From Bacteroidota bacterium (GTDB lineage: Bacteria; Bacteroidota; Bacteroidia; Bacteroidales; CAIWKO01), in assembly GCA_037133915.1 (NCBI GenBank), contig JBAXND010000008.1:16564-80563 (forward strand): 64,000 nucleotides of DNA, read 5' to 3'. Position 1 is the first letter of the stretch, and each line of letters opens with the position of its first letter. The translations under genes were made by a program, and so were the position numbers. The notes under the pieces were generated by a model. That model searched no databases. It had not been told where the DNA came from and saw only the letters and a program-made list of their open reading frames with translations. This document shows positions 25,956 through 35,466 of this stretch, piece after piece.

Positions 25956-28124
25956 ATGAAGAAATATTTTTCAGTTTTGATAATGACGTTGCTGTTGGTC
26001 AGGATTGTTCCTGCAAGAGCCGACGAAGGAATGTGGTTACCCATTTTATTGGGGGAAGGCACTGAAGCGGAAATGCAACGGCTGGGCATGAAAATATCTG
26101 CTGAAGATATTTACAGCCTCAACAAACCATGTATTAAAGATGCTGTCGTACTTTTCGGTGGCGGATGTACTGCTGAAATTGTTTCGGATCAAGGGCTCAT
26201 TCTTACCAACCATCACTGCGGTAGAAGTGCGATACAAGCACATTCAACACTGGATTTGAATTATCTGGCGAATGGTTTTTGGGCTGCCAATAATGATGAA
26301 GAACTTGCCAATCCCGGTTTGAAAGTAAGCATTCTTCTAAGAATGGAGGATGTAACGAATAAAGTGTTGACCGGTATTAATAATAAAGCTGACGAAACAC
26401 AACGCCAGGCGCAAATTAAAGCCAATTGCGAAAGAGTGGCGAAAGAAGCTTCCGAAAAGGGCAAATACACAAGCAGTGTTGAAACTTTCTATTATGGCAA
26501 TCAATACATTCTCGTTATTTATCAGGTGTTTCGCGATGTTCGCCTTGTGGGTGCACCTCCTGTAAGCATCGGGAATTTTGGTGGAGATACCGATAACTGG
26601 ATGTGGCCGCGGCATACCGGCGATTTTTCGGTATTTCGCATTTATGCCGATAAAGACAATCAGCCTGCGAATTACGACAAATCGAATGTGCCCTATAAAC
26701 CGGCTTTTCATCTCTCAATTTCAACAAAAGGGATTAAAGAAAATGATTTTACCTTTATTGTAGGTTTCCCGGGACAAACGCAGGAATACCTTGCCTCTGA
26801 TGCAGTGGACTTTATTGCCAATACTGAAAATCCTGCCCTGATAAGAATACGCGAAAAGCGACTCGACATCATGGATAAATACATGAAAACCGACAAGCTT
26901 ACCCGCTTGAAATATTCAGCCAAGTACTACAGTATTGGTAATTTCTGGAAAAAAATGATTGGTGAAGCCAAGGGTATTAAACGCCTGAATACTATTGCTC
27001 AGAAGAAAGAACTGGAAAAAAGATTTACCGCATGGGTAAATGCCGACAAAGACCGGAAGCTAAAGTACGGCAGTGTGCTTGCATCCTTCACGGAAACGTA
27101 TAAAGAGCTGCTGCCATATGAGCTGGCGGCTGATTATTTTGTGGATGCGGGCCTTGGAATCGAAATTGTGCGCTTTGCCCGTAATTTCTATAAACTGGTC
27201 GACCTGAGCAACGGTAAAAAAGCAAACGATGCGGACATTCAGGAATGCCTTGATCAATTGAAAGCCACCTCCGCCGGGTTCTTTAAAAATTATGATACAC
27301 GCATTGATCAAGAAGTGATGGCGGCATTGCTGCAGATGTACTATAAAGACCTGGATCCGGCCTATGTGCCCGATGTAGTACTAAATAACGGAACGGCCAC
27401 AAATGGTGATTTTACTGCCTATACAGCTGAGTGCTTTAAAAAATCCTTTATGGTTTCAGAAGAAAAAGTAAATGAATTCCTTATGAATTATAAGCCGGGC
27501 AAGGCTTCCGTTATAAAGAAAGATCCGATTTTTATTCTTTCTTCGGGGCTGTATTCTTTTTATGCTGAAAATATCTATGCCAAAGTATCGATGATGGAAG
27601 AGGAGGTGAACGGTTATTATCGCAAATACATGCGCGGCCTTATGGAAATGGATACCCTCAAGCATTTTTACCCCGATGCCAATCTTACGATGCGAGTTAC
27701 CTACGGAAAAATTGGTGGCTATCATCCTCGTGATGCGGTTGACTATTCCTGGTTTACAACACTTCCCGGAATAATGAAAAAGGAAGATACGGCCGTTTAT
27801 GATTATCTGGTGGATCCGAAACTGAAAACACTCTGCGCCAATAAAGACTATGGGCAATGGGCCGATGCCGATGGAAATATGCATGTTTGTTTTATTGCCT
27901 CTAATCATACCACCGGCGGTAATTCCGGAAGTCCTGTGCTGAATGCCGAAGGTCAACTTATCGGTATCAATTTCGACAGGGTGTGGGAAGGAACGATGAG
28001 CGACATTGCTTTTGATCCGGAACGATGCCGCAACATTGCCGTTGACATTCGCTATTGCCTGTTTATCATTGATAAATTTGCCGGTTCCAAAAGGCTGATT
28101 GATGAAATGACCCTCGTTAAGTAG
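25956..28124 (+). CDS. S46 family dipeptidyl-peptidase (DPP7/DPP11-like)
   Basis: A signal peptide is followed by the hallmark mature N-terminus ADEGMWLP. The catalytic His region is LTNHHCG and the catalytic Ser motif is GGNSGSPVLN. Confidence 0.9.
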   Translation: MKKYFSVLIMTLLLVRIVPARADEGMWLPILLGEGTEAEMQRLGMKISAEDIYSLNKPCIKDAVVLFGGGCTAEIVSDQGLILTNHHCGRSAIQAHSTLDLNYLANGFWAANNDEELANPGLKVSILLRMEDVTNKVLTGINNKADETQRQAQIKANCERVAKEASEKGKYTSSVETFYYGNQYILVIYQVFRDVRLVGAPPVSIGNFGGDTDNWMWPRHTGDFSVFRIYADKDNQPANYDKSNVPYKPAFHLSISTKGIKENDFTFIVGFPGQTQEYLASDAVDFIANTENPALIRIREKRLDIMDKYMKTDKLTRLKYSAKYYSIGNFWKKMIGEAKGIKRLNTIAQKKELEKRFTAWVNADKDRKLKYGSVLASFTETYKELLPYELAADYFVDAGLGIEIVRFARNFYKLVDLSNGKKANDADIQECLDQLKATSAGFFKNYDTRIDQEVMAALLQMYYKDLDPAYVPDVVLNNGTATNGDFTAYTAECFKKSFMVSEEKVNEFLMNYKPGKASVIKKDPIFILSSGLYSFYAENIYAKVSMMEEEVNGYYRKYMRGLMEMDTLKHFYPDANLTMRVTYGKIGGYHPRDAVDYSWFTTLPGIMKKEDTAVYDYLVDPKLKTLCANKDYGQWADADGNMHVCFIASNHTTGGNSGSPVLNAEGQLIGINFDRVWEGTMSDIAFDPERCRNIAVDIRYCLFIIDKFAGSKRLIDEMTLVK

Positions 28125-28513
28125 ACTTGAGTCTTCGATTCTTTACAACAGCATATTCATAGCCGTTTCATGCCTGTTTTATAACGGTTATTGCATTAAT
28201 TTACGAATTACACCTAATTTGAATTAAGTATATTACTGACGTGTTCACATACGTGTAACTATCAATAATATATGCCTTATTTTAGAAATGTTATAAATAT
28301 AACAATGCGTTTTGGTCTGTTTAGACATTTTGTACTTTAGCAGCCATTATATAATGTATAAATCAGCCAGCCGGTTTTTTTTAATTTTCGAAAACCGCTT
28401 ACGTATTCAGGGAGTCTTAAATATTAAGAGTTAAACTTAAAAATGGTTTCTACCTACGTAATAAATGATTTATTTTTACCAACCCCTAACTTCTAACCCC
28501 CAACCCCCTAATT

Positions 28514-29032
28514 ATGAGAATAGAAAGAATCTACCACCAAAAAGACAAGAAGGTTCAGGACCAGGTTGACCTTGGGATGATAGACGCGCTCATCAGTAAA
28601 TACAAAGGAAAAAAGGGGAACATGATTCCTCTGTTGCAAGGTGTTCAGGAGACCTATGGTTATATTCCGGAAGTGGCATTTTATAAACTTGCCGAGGAAG
28701 CCGGTCTGAAGTTGAACGACATGTATGGTGTAGCCACCTTCTATGCACAGTTCAGGCTGAATCCTGTTGGCAAGCATATTATTAAAGTATGCCACGGAAC
28801 TGCTTGTCACGTGCAGAATGCCAACTCAATTACCGATGCTTTGCAGGAATCTTTGGGTATTAAAGATGGCGAAACTACCGAAGACCGGATCTTTACACTT
28901 GAATCCGTTGCCTGTCTCGGATGCTGTTCACTGGCACCGGTTATGATGCTGGGAGATGAAACTTATGGTAAACTTACCGGCAGCGAAGCCGTTAGTATTG
29001 TAAAAAATATAAAAATCCGCGAAAGCAATTAA
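28514..29032 (+). CDS. NuoE/HydC-like thioredoxin-fold [2Fe-2S] subunit
   Basis: 172 aa with the NuoE cluster pattern VCHGTACH ... CLGCCSLAPVMM. Confidence 0.85.
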   Translation: MRIERIYHQKDKKVQDQVDLGMIDALISKYKGKKGNMIPLLQGVQETYGYIPEVAFYKLAEEAGLKLNDMYGVATFYAQFRLNPVGKHIIKVCHGTACHVQNANSITDALQESLGIKDGETTEDRIFTLESVACLGCCSLAPVMMLGDETYGKLTGSEAVSIVKNIKIRESN

Positions 29033-29091
29033 AGAACCAATGTGATGATGCGGATAAAATTTCGCATTACGCAGATAACAACAGAATTATT

Positions 29092-30870
29092 ATGGCAAAC
29101 ACAAAAGTTATTGTTGGGCTTGGAAGTTGCGGAATTGCCGCCGGTGCAAATAAAACATACCTCAAGATTGAAGCACTGAAGCACACCGACAATCTGAATT
29201 TTGAATTAAAGAAAACGAGCTGTATCGGTATGTGCTTTCGCGAACCTTTGGTGGAAGTTATTGACGACAGTGGTTCGTATATCTATGGGAATATTGACGA
29301 AGACCGAGCCATCGAAATCATTGAAAAGCATATAAAAAATGGTGAAGTTGTTAAAGAATTTGTTGTAAAGACTGATCTCTTCGAAACGGCAGACAATCAT
29401 TTTTTTCGTGACCAGGTGCGTATCGCACTGCGTAATTGCGGCATGATAGACCCCGAGAAAATTGAAGAATATGAAAGCCGTGATGGTTATAAATCCATTG
29501 CGCGCATTGCTTCTGAGAAGCTTGAACGCGCTGCCGTGATACAAACAATGATAGACAGCGGGTTGCGAGGACGCGGCGGCGGCGGCTTTCCTACGGGCAT
29601 GAAATGGCGGTTTGCCAACAATTACAAATCACCTGAGAAATATGTAATCTGTAATGCCGATGAGGGCGACCCCGGCGCCTTCATGGATCGTTCGCTGCTG
29701 GAAGGCGACCCACACTCGGTGATAGAAGGGATGATTATTGCAGCCTATGCCATTGAAGCAACCGGAGGCGTTATCTATTGCCGTGCCGAGTATCCGCTTG
29801 CCATTAAACGACTGAACATTGCCCTTGATCAGGCTCGTGCCAAGGGTTATCTTGGTAAAAACATTTTTGGAATAGCAGATTTTAATTTTGATATCTATAT
29901 AAAGGAAGGTGCCGGTGCGTTTGTATGCGGTGAAGAAACAGCTCTTATTGCATCCGTCGAAGGGAAGCGCGGTATGCCCCGCAAGCGCCCGCCATTCCCG
30001 GCCGAATCGGGATTATGGAGAAAACCCACAAATATTAATAATGTAGAAACCCTTGCCAATGTTCCTTACATCATACTCAATGGTGCAGGAGCATTTAATA
30101 AATACGGAACAGAAAAAAGTAAAGGCACCAAAGTATTTGCCCTTGCCGGAAAAATCAACCATTCGGGTCTTGTTGAAGTACCAATGGGCGTTACCATACG
30201 CGATATTATTTTTAAACTGGGCGGTGGCATTCCTAAAAACAAAAAATTTAAAGCGGTGCAGCTTGGCGGCCCTTCAGGTGGCTGTATTCCCGAATACCTT
30301 GCCGATACCATAGTTGACTATGATTCGGTTACCGCTACCGGTGCTATTATGGGCTCGGGCGGTATGGTGGTCATGGACGAAACTACCTGTATGGTTGATG
30401 TGGCGCGCTTTTTCCTGAATTTTACTCAGGAAGAATCATGCGGAAAGTGTACTTTTTGCAGGATAGGCACAAAACGAATGCTCGAAATTCTTACGCGCAT
30501 CACCGAGGGTAAAGGACAGGAAGAAGACCTTGCACGTCTCGAAGAACTAGCGTATCAGATTAAAGATAATTCATTGTGCGGTCTGGGGCAAACAGCACCC
30601 AACCCTGTTCTCACGACCATGAAATATTTCCGCAATGAATATGAAGCTCACATCCGCGATAAAAAATGTCCGGCTAAAGTTTGCAAGCAGCTAATCACTT
30701 ATACCGTTGATGCCGATAAATGTACCGGCTGTACGGTATGTGCAAAAAAATGTCCGGTACAGGCCATCAGCGGCGAACGCAAAAAAGTTCATCTCATTGA
30801 TCAGGTAATCTGCATCAAATGCGGCGACTGCTTCAACAGATGCAAGTTTGATGCAATCATACTTTCATAA
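29092..30870 (+). CDS. NuoF/HydB-like NAD(P)H-binding flavoprotein subunit with extra Fe-S domains
   Basis: 592 aa. An N-terminal small thioredoxin-like Fe-S domain (GLGSCGIAAG...CIGMC) precedes the FMN site GLRGRGGGGFPTGMKW and the NADH site GAGAFVCGEETALI. The N3 cluster is ESCGKCTFCRIG. The C-terminus carries a 2 x [4Fe-4S] ferredoxin (CTGCTVCAKKCP, CIKCGDCFNRC). This is the HydB/Bfu-B layout. Confidence 0.9.
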   Translation: MANTKVIVGLGSCGIAAGANKTYLKIEALKHTDNLNFELKKTSCIGMCFREPLVEVIDDSGSYIYGNIDEDRAIEIIEKHIKNGEVVKEFVVKTDLFETADNHFFRDQVRIALRNCGMIDPEKIEEYESRDGYKSIARIASEKLERAAVIQTMIDSGLRGRGGGGFPTGMKWRFANNYKSPEKYVICNADEGDPGAFMDRSLLEGDPHSVIEGMIIAAYAIEATGGVIYCRAEYPLAIKRLNIALDQARAKGYLGKNIFGIADFNFDIYIKEGAGAFVCGEETALIASVEGKRGMPRKRPPFPAESGLWRKPTNINNVETLANVPYIILNGAGAFNKYGTEKSKGTKVFALAGKINHSGLVEVPMGVTIRDIIFKLGGGIPKNKKFKAVQLGGPSGGCIPEYLADTIVDYDSVTATGAIMGSGGMVVMDETTCMVDVARFFLNFTQEESCGKCTFCRIGTKRMLEILTRITEGKGQEEDLARLEELAYQIKDNSLCGLGQTAPNPVLTTMKYFRNEYEAHIRDKKCPAKVCKQLITYTVDADKCTGCTVCAKKCPVQAISGERKKVHLIDQVICIKCGDCFNRCKFDAIILS

Positions 30871-30898
30871 TTTGTCTAATAAATAATCATAGAATACG

Positions 30899-33800
30899 AT
30901 GAGCAACAATCTGAATATAATCCTGAACGGAAAAAGTGTTATTGGAAATAAAGGTGAAACCATTCTTGAACTTGCTACCCGGCAAGGTATTGAGATTCCG
31001 ACACTGTGCCATGACGCCAGGCTTGAGCCTTATACGTCATGCTATCTCTGCGTTGTAGAAGTTGAAGGCATGCGCGGGCTCCAACCAGCCTGCTCTACAA
31101 AGGTGAACGAAGGGATGAAAATTGATACACACAACACTAAGATATTTAAAGCGCGCAAGGCGGCTTTGGACTTGCTGCTGAGCAATCACTATGCCGATTG
31201 TCTGGGTCCGTGTAAACAAACCTGCCCTGCCGGCGTTGATGTTCAGGGTTACATCAGCCTGATTGATAAAGGCATGTACAGCGAAGCCATTGCACTCATT
31301 AAAGAAACCAATCCGCTTCCCGCTATTTGCGGTCGTGTTTGTGTTCGTCCCTGTGAAGTTGCCTGCAGGCGCAACCTCCTTGACGAAGGTGCTGCTGTTG
31401 GTATTGATTATTTGAAACGCTTTGCGGCAGATTATGATCTGGCATCCGAGCATAAATATATACCGGAAATTAAACCGGCAACGGGTAAAAAAGTTGCGAT
31501 TATTGGTGCGGGTCCCGGCGGACTTTCAGCTGCTTTTTTCCTGCAGAAAGAAGGCCATCAGGCTGATATTTTCGAAGCCAGTCCGGCGGCAGGAGGCTGG
31601 CTGCGATATGGAATTCCTGAATATCGTCTTCCCAATAATCTGCTTCAGCAGGAAGTTGACAATATCACTGAAATAGGTGTAAACATTCTTTATAACCAGA
31701 AGCTTGGCGAAAACCTTAGTTACAAAGCGCTGAAGTATAAATATGACGCCATTATTCTGGCAATAGGTTCACAAAAAGGAACATCCATTGGATGCGATGG
31801 CGACGATGCCGAGAACGTTTTTTCCGGTATTGATTTTCTGAAGCAAATGGAAATCAGCGGCAAGAAATACGACTTTTCGGGAAAAACCGTGGGTGTGATT
31901 GGTGGTGGCAATACTGCGATGGACTGCTGTCGCTCCGCCATGCGCTGTGGCGCGAAAAAAGTTTTTGTAGTGTATCGCCGTACCGAAAAAGAAATGCCGG
32001 CAAATCCCATTGAAATTCATGAATCGAAACTGGAGGGCATTGATTATCATTTTCTGACAGCACCCGTTCGTGTAAACAAAGATGATAAAGGCAGAATAAA
32101 ATCGCTTACCTGCATTAAAATGGATCTTGGCGAACCCGATGCATCAGGTCGCAGAAGACCGGTACCTGTGGCCGGTTCGGAGTTTGACCTCGAAATGGAT
32201 TACGCTCTTGCTGCCATCGGACAGAAAACAGACATCAACTTCCTGAACGATGTAAACAGTAATACTGAAACAGGCGAGCTGAAAATAAATAAGTGGGGCG
32301 ATATTGATGCCAGCGCTTCAACACTTCAAACGGGCGTGAACAGAATTTTTGCCTGCGGTGATGGAGTTACAGGTCCTGCCACACTTATTCAGGCTGTCGG
32401 TCAGGCAAAAATTGCAGCACTCAGCTGTCATCAGTTTCTGATGGGTATGCCTTTGATTCCTGAAAAACAGGGTTTCATTTCAAAAAGGGAAAACTTTAAA
32501 CCTCAGGTAAAAGAAGATTATCTCGGTAAATATTCGACTCAGGAACGACACGAAATGCCTACTCTTGACCCCAACAGCCGCAAGAATTTTAAAGAAGTTG
32601 AGTTGGGTTATGAAGGCGAGAAAGAAGCCCGGATGGAAGCCCAACGATGTCTTGAATGCGGCTGCTCAGAATATTATGTGTGCGATTTAAAACGCTATGC
32701 TACAGAATACGAAGCTGACCAGAAAAAATTCAACGGCGATTTCAGAGAATATGAAGTGGATTTCCGTCATCCGTATATAGAAATTGATAATAATAAATGT
32801 ATACTGTGTTCGCGTTGTATCCGCATTTGCAGTGAAGTTGTGGGTGCCAATGCGCTGGGTCTGGTAGAGCGCGGTTTCAAAACATTTGTTGCTCCAAGTC
32901 TTGGGCAGTCGCTTACCGATACCCAATGCGAGTCGTGCGGTATGTGTGTTACAACCTGTCCGACCGGAGCCATCACTGAAAATGTGACGTTCAAACCGGG
33001 ACCGGTTACAGCTGAAACATTTGATACTATTTGCAATTATTGCTCCGTTGGCTGCGAAATAACGGTTCACCACCGCAAGCAGCGTGTTATTAAAGTTACA
33101 GGTCGCAAGGGCAGAGTAAACAAAGACGGTAATATCTGCCGTTTCCCACGGTTTGGGTACGATTATCTGAATGATAACCAACGTATCACCCGTCCAATGA
33201 TTAAGGTTAACGGCAAGTTTGAACCTGCAGGTTTTGCGGAAGCCTATGATGCCATTACCAAAAAAATCAAGAGTGTTAAGCCTGATCAGAATGCTTTTTT
33301 TGCCGGTGCGCGTCTCACAAACGAAGAAATGTATCTGGTGCAAAAGTTGGCCCGTTTTGGTGCGAAAACCAATAATGTAGGCAGTTTCCACTATCTGGGC
33401 AGGGGCGATGAATATTTGAACAGTTCCAGATTTAATGTTCCCTTTGATCAGCTGAGTGGTGCCGGAAAGATTTGGCTGTTAGGGTCGGAGATTAATACAG
33501 ACAACGCCGTTATCGGTTTTATGGTAAATAATCTTCATAATAAACAACACGTTCCGCTTGAAAATATCACCGTAAGGGAAAACAGCAGCGTAAAGCATAA
33601 AGTGGATAAGAACACCGTAATTAAGGATTATTACTTCTTTGTGAAAGCCGTAAATCATTATCTGCTATCCAACGGACTAGAGAACGCATTGTTTATTAAG
33701 GATAACTGCAGCGGATTCGATACCTATAAAGCAGCCTTGCTGGCCGAGAATTTCAACGAGCTGGTGGAAAAAGGTTCCTGCTGTGAAGAATGTGTAGTGG

Positions 33801-34597
33801 ATTTTGCCACAGATTTCAATAAGCAGATGAATGCAATCCTTATTTATTCCGAAAAGGAGGTGCCATCAAATGCAGTTGCAGAACTCAGAAACCTGTCACT
33901 CATTACCGGCAAGCTCGGTAAAACATCGATGGGTATGCTTGCACTGAAAGAGAAAAACAATGCACAGGGGCTTTCGGATATGGGTATTCATCCTCAATTT
34001 GGCGTTGGTGGCGTATCTGTTGACGATAGCACTCTGCTCAAGAAAATGAAGGACATATGGGGTACGTCGGAATTGCCGGAGAAATTTGTTGGCGTGCAAA
34101 CCGGCTTGCTTGAAAAAGGTGACGTGAAAAACTTGCTTATTTTTGGTGAAGATCCTATAGGAACAGCCATAGATAAAGACTTGGTAAATAATTGGTTCAA
34201 AAAGGCGGATTTTATAGTGGTACAGGATTGTTTTATGACAGAGACAGCTGCTGCCGCCGATATTATTTTACCGGCCTCGTTCCCGATTGAAACGGGCGGA
34301 GGTTTTACAAATACACAACAATATCTGCAGCGTTTTGAGCGTGCACCGAAATTTGATGCCGTTCTCGAGCGTCAATCGTATGAGCAATTGCTCGATTTGC
34401 TTGGTAAATTCGGCACCCATAAAATTTCCGATACTACCGACGTGATGATGGAAGCTATTCAGTTACTTCCGCAGCCCAATGGTCATACTCATGCTTTTGT
34501 AATTTCTGCCGCTGGCTGTGGGCCCAGATTATTCGACAGTGGGGCTGATGCCATCACTGCAAAGTTTGAGCGTGAATTTAGTGAGCGTTTTGCTTAG
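30899..34597 (+). CDS. Four-module oxidoreductase: NuoG-type [2Fe-2S] + GltD-like NADPH/FAD domain + 2 x [4Fe-4S] + molybdopterin-oxidoreductase-like domain
   Basis: 1232 aa. Module 1: C37-x10-C48-x2-C51-x13-C65, the NuoG-type 2Fe-2S pattern. Module 2: GltD N-terminal Fe-S region (DCLGPCKQTCPAGVD...ICGRVCVRPCEVAC) and two Rossmann folds (VAIIGAGPGGLSAA, VGVIGGGNTAMDC). Module 3: CILCSRCIRIC and CESCGMCVTTCPTGAI. Module 4: MopB-type CNYCSVGCEI, then ~500 aa of molybdopterin-like domain. Confidence 0.8.
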   Translation: MSNNLNIILNGKSVIGNKGETILELATRQGIEIPTLCHDARLEPYTSCYLCVVEVEGMRGLQPACSTKVNEGMKIDTHNTKIFKARKAALDLLLSNHYADCLGPCKQTCPAGVDVQGYISLIDKGMYSEAIALIKETNPLPAICGRVCVRPCEVACRRNLLDEGAAVGIDYLKRFAADYDLASEHKYIPEIKPATGKKVAIIGAGPGGLSAAFFLQKEGHQADIFEASPAAGGWLRYGIPEYRLPNNLLQQEVDNITEIGVNILYNQKLGENLSYKALKYKYDAIILAIGSQKGTSIGCDGDDAENVFSGIDFLKQMEISGKKYDFSGKTVGVIGGGNTAMDCCRSAMRCGAKKVFVVYRRTEKEMPANPIEIHESKLEGIDYHFLTAPVRVNKDDKGRIKSLTCIKMDLGEPDASGRRRPVPVAGSEFDLEMDYALAAIGQKTDINFLNDVNSNTETGELKINKWGDIDASASTLQTGVNRIFACGDGVTGPATLIQAVGQAKIAALSCHQFLMGMPLIPEKQGFISKRENFKPQVKEDYLGKYSTQERHEMPTLDPNSRKNFKEVELGYEGEKEARMEAQRCLECGCSEYYVCDLKRYATEYEADQKKFNGDFREYEVDFRHPYIEIDNNKCILCSRCIRICSEVVGANALGLVERGFKTFVAPSLGQSLTDTQCESCGMCVTTCPTGAITENVTFKPGPVTAETFDTICNYCSVGCEITVHHRKQRVIKVTGRKGRVNKDGNICRFPRFGYDYLNDNQRITRPMIKVNGKFEPAGFAEAYDAITKKIKSVKPDQNAFFAGARLTNEEMYLVQKLARFGAKTNNVGSFHYLGRGDEYLNSSRFNVPFDQLSGAGKIWLLGSEINTDNAVIGFMVNNLHNKQHVPLENITVRENSSVKHKVDKNTVIKDYYFFVKAVNHYLLSNGLENALFIKDNCSGFDTYKAALLAENFNELVEKGSCCEECVVDFATDFNKQMNAILIYSEKEVPSNAVAELRNLSLITGKLGKTSMGMLALKEKNNAQGLSDMGIHPQFGVGGVSVDDSTLLKKMKDIWGTSELPEKFVGVQTGLLEKGDVKNLLIFGEDPIGTAIDKDLVNNWFKKADFIVVQDCFMTETAAAADIILPASFPIETGGGFTNTQQYLQRFERAPKFDAVLERQSYEQLLDLLGKFGTHKISDTTDVMMEAIQLLPQPNGHTHAFVISAAGCGPRLFDSGADAITAKFEREFSERFA

Positions 34598-34669
34598 TGG
34601 AAGTGAAATTATAGTCATCGTAAACGGGATGTGTCAAAAACTTTCCGGCGGATGGTAAGCGATTTTGAA

Positions 34670-34677
34670 TATTTTTG
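34670..34677 (+). promoter_or_regulatory. Candidate -7 promoter box for the ferritin-like gene
   Basis: TATTTTTG (TAnnTTTG) lies 17 nt upstream of the ATG at 34695. It lies 5 nt downstream of the track's TTG start at 34665, which argues for the ATG start. Confidence 0.4.
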
Positions 34678-34694
34678 TACTAAATAACTGTAAC

Positions 34695-35150
34695 ATGAAG
34701 GAATTTAAATCAACCGAGGATATTCTTAATTTTGCCATTGAGGCTGAACAGGACGCGTTTGAATTTTACTCGAAGTTAGCGGGTGGCGCAACGTCTGAGC
34801 AAATGAAAAAGGTGTTCGAACAATTTGCTCAGGAGGAAAGCGGGCATAAAGCCAAGCTTCTGAAAATCCTGGAAACTGGTATGGTTGAAATGACTCATGA
34901 AAAAGTTGCTGACCTAAAGATTGCCGACTACACTGTAAGTGTTGAAGTCAACGAAAATATGACCTATCAGGATGCACTTATTGTTGCGATGAAAAAAGAA
35001 AAGGCAGCTTTTCGCTTATACCTGGCGCTATCAGAAAGAGCACCCAGTGCTTCACTTAAAGACCTCTTTATGATGCTTGCCACTGAAGAATCAAAGCACA
35101 AGCTGCGCTTCGAAATTGAATACGACGAATTCGTACTTCGGGAAAACTAG
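34695..35150 (+). CDS. Rubrerythrin/ferritin-like di-iron four-helix-bundle protein (no rubredoxin domain)
   Basis: Two E...ExxH half-sites are present: EAEQDAFEFY + EESGHKAKL, and MKKEKAAFRLY + EESKHKLRF. Confidence 0.75.
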   Translation: MKEFKSTEDILNFAIEAEQDAFEFYSKLAGGATSEQMKKVFEQFAQEESGHKAKLLKILETGMVEMTHEKVADLKIADYTVSVEVNENMTYQDALIVAMKKEKAAFRLYLALSERAPSASLKDLFMMLATEESKHKLRFEIEYDEFVLREN

Positions 35151-35167
35151 AAATAATATTTTCAGAT

Positions 35168-35197
35168 AAAGCAACGCTGAGCTGTCAGCGTTGCTTT
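35168..35197. terminator. Bidirectional hairpin terminator between convergent genes
   Basis: AAAGCAACGCTGA-gctg-TCAGCGTTGCTTT forms a perfect 13-bp stem, flanked by A/T runs, abutting the stop of the minus-strand zinc-ribbon gene. Confidence 0.8.
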
Positions 35198-35461
35198 CTA
35201 TTTCTGCCAGCGCTCCAATCGCGGAATGTGGCTTGTAAGAAACCATCTTCTTACGGAGCCGTAGCCCATTTTTTTCAACATATCATTTACCAAATCCAGC
35301 ATTTGGTTTACATCGGTAAAGTCGCGTGTGAACTTTCCTTTTTCGTAGCAGTAGCTGCAGTATTTGTCGCTTTTCGACCCGTCTTTATTGGTTCCACCAC
35401 CTTTAGGATCCTGAACTTTGGGCATTCCGCAGCTCTGACAGAATTTGTCTAATTTGCTCAT
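35198..35461 (-). CDS. Zinc-ribbon domain protein
   Basis: 87 aa with the Cys pairs CQSCGMP and CSYCYEKGKF. Confidence 0.65.
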   Translation of the reverse strand: MSKLDKFCQSCGMPKVQDPKGGGTNKDGSKSDKYCSYCYEKGKFTRDFTDVNQMLDLVNDMLKKMGYGSVRRWFLTSHIPRLERWQK

Positions 35462-35466
35462 GATAT

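Noticed and set aside
30899-34597. Calling this gene a formate dehydrogenase alpha subunit.
   Set aside because: The position equivalent to the Sec/Cys-His catalytic dyad reads GSFHYLGRG. No in-frame TGA is present, and the molybdopterin-like domain is short. I therefore annotated it as a MopB-like (NuoG-like) domain only.
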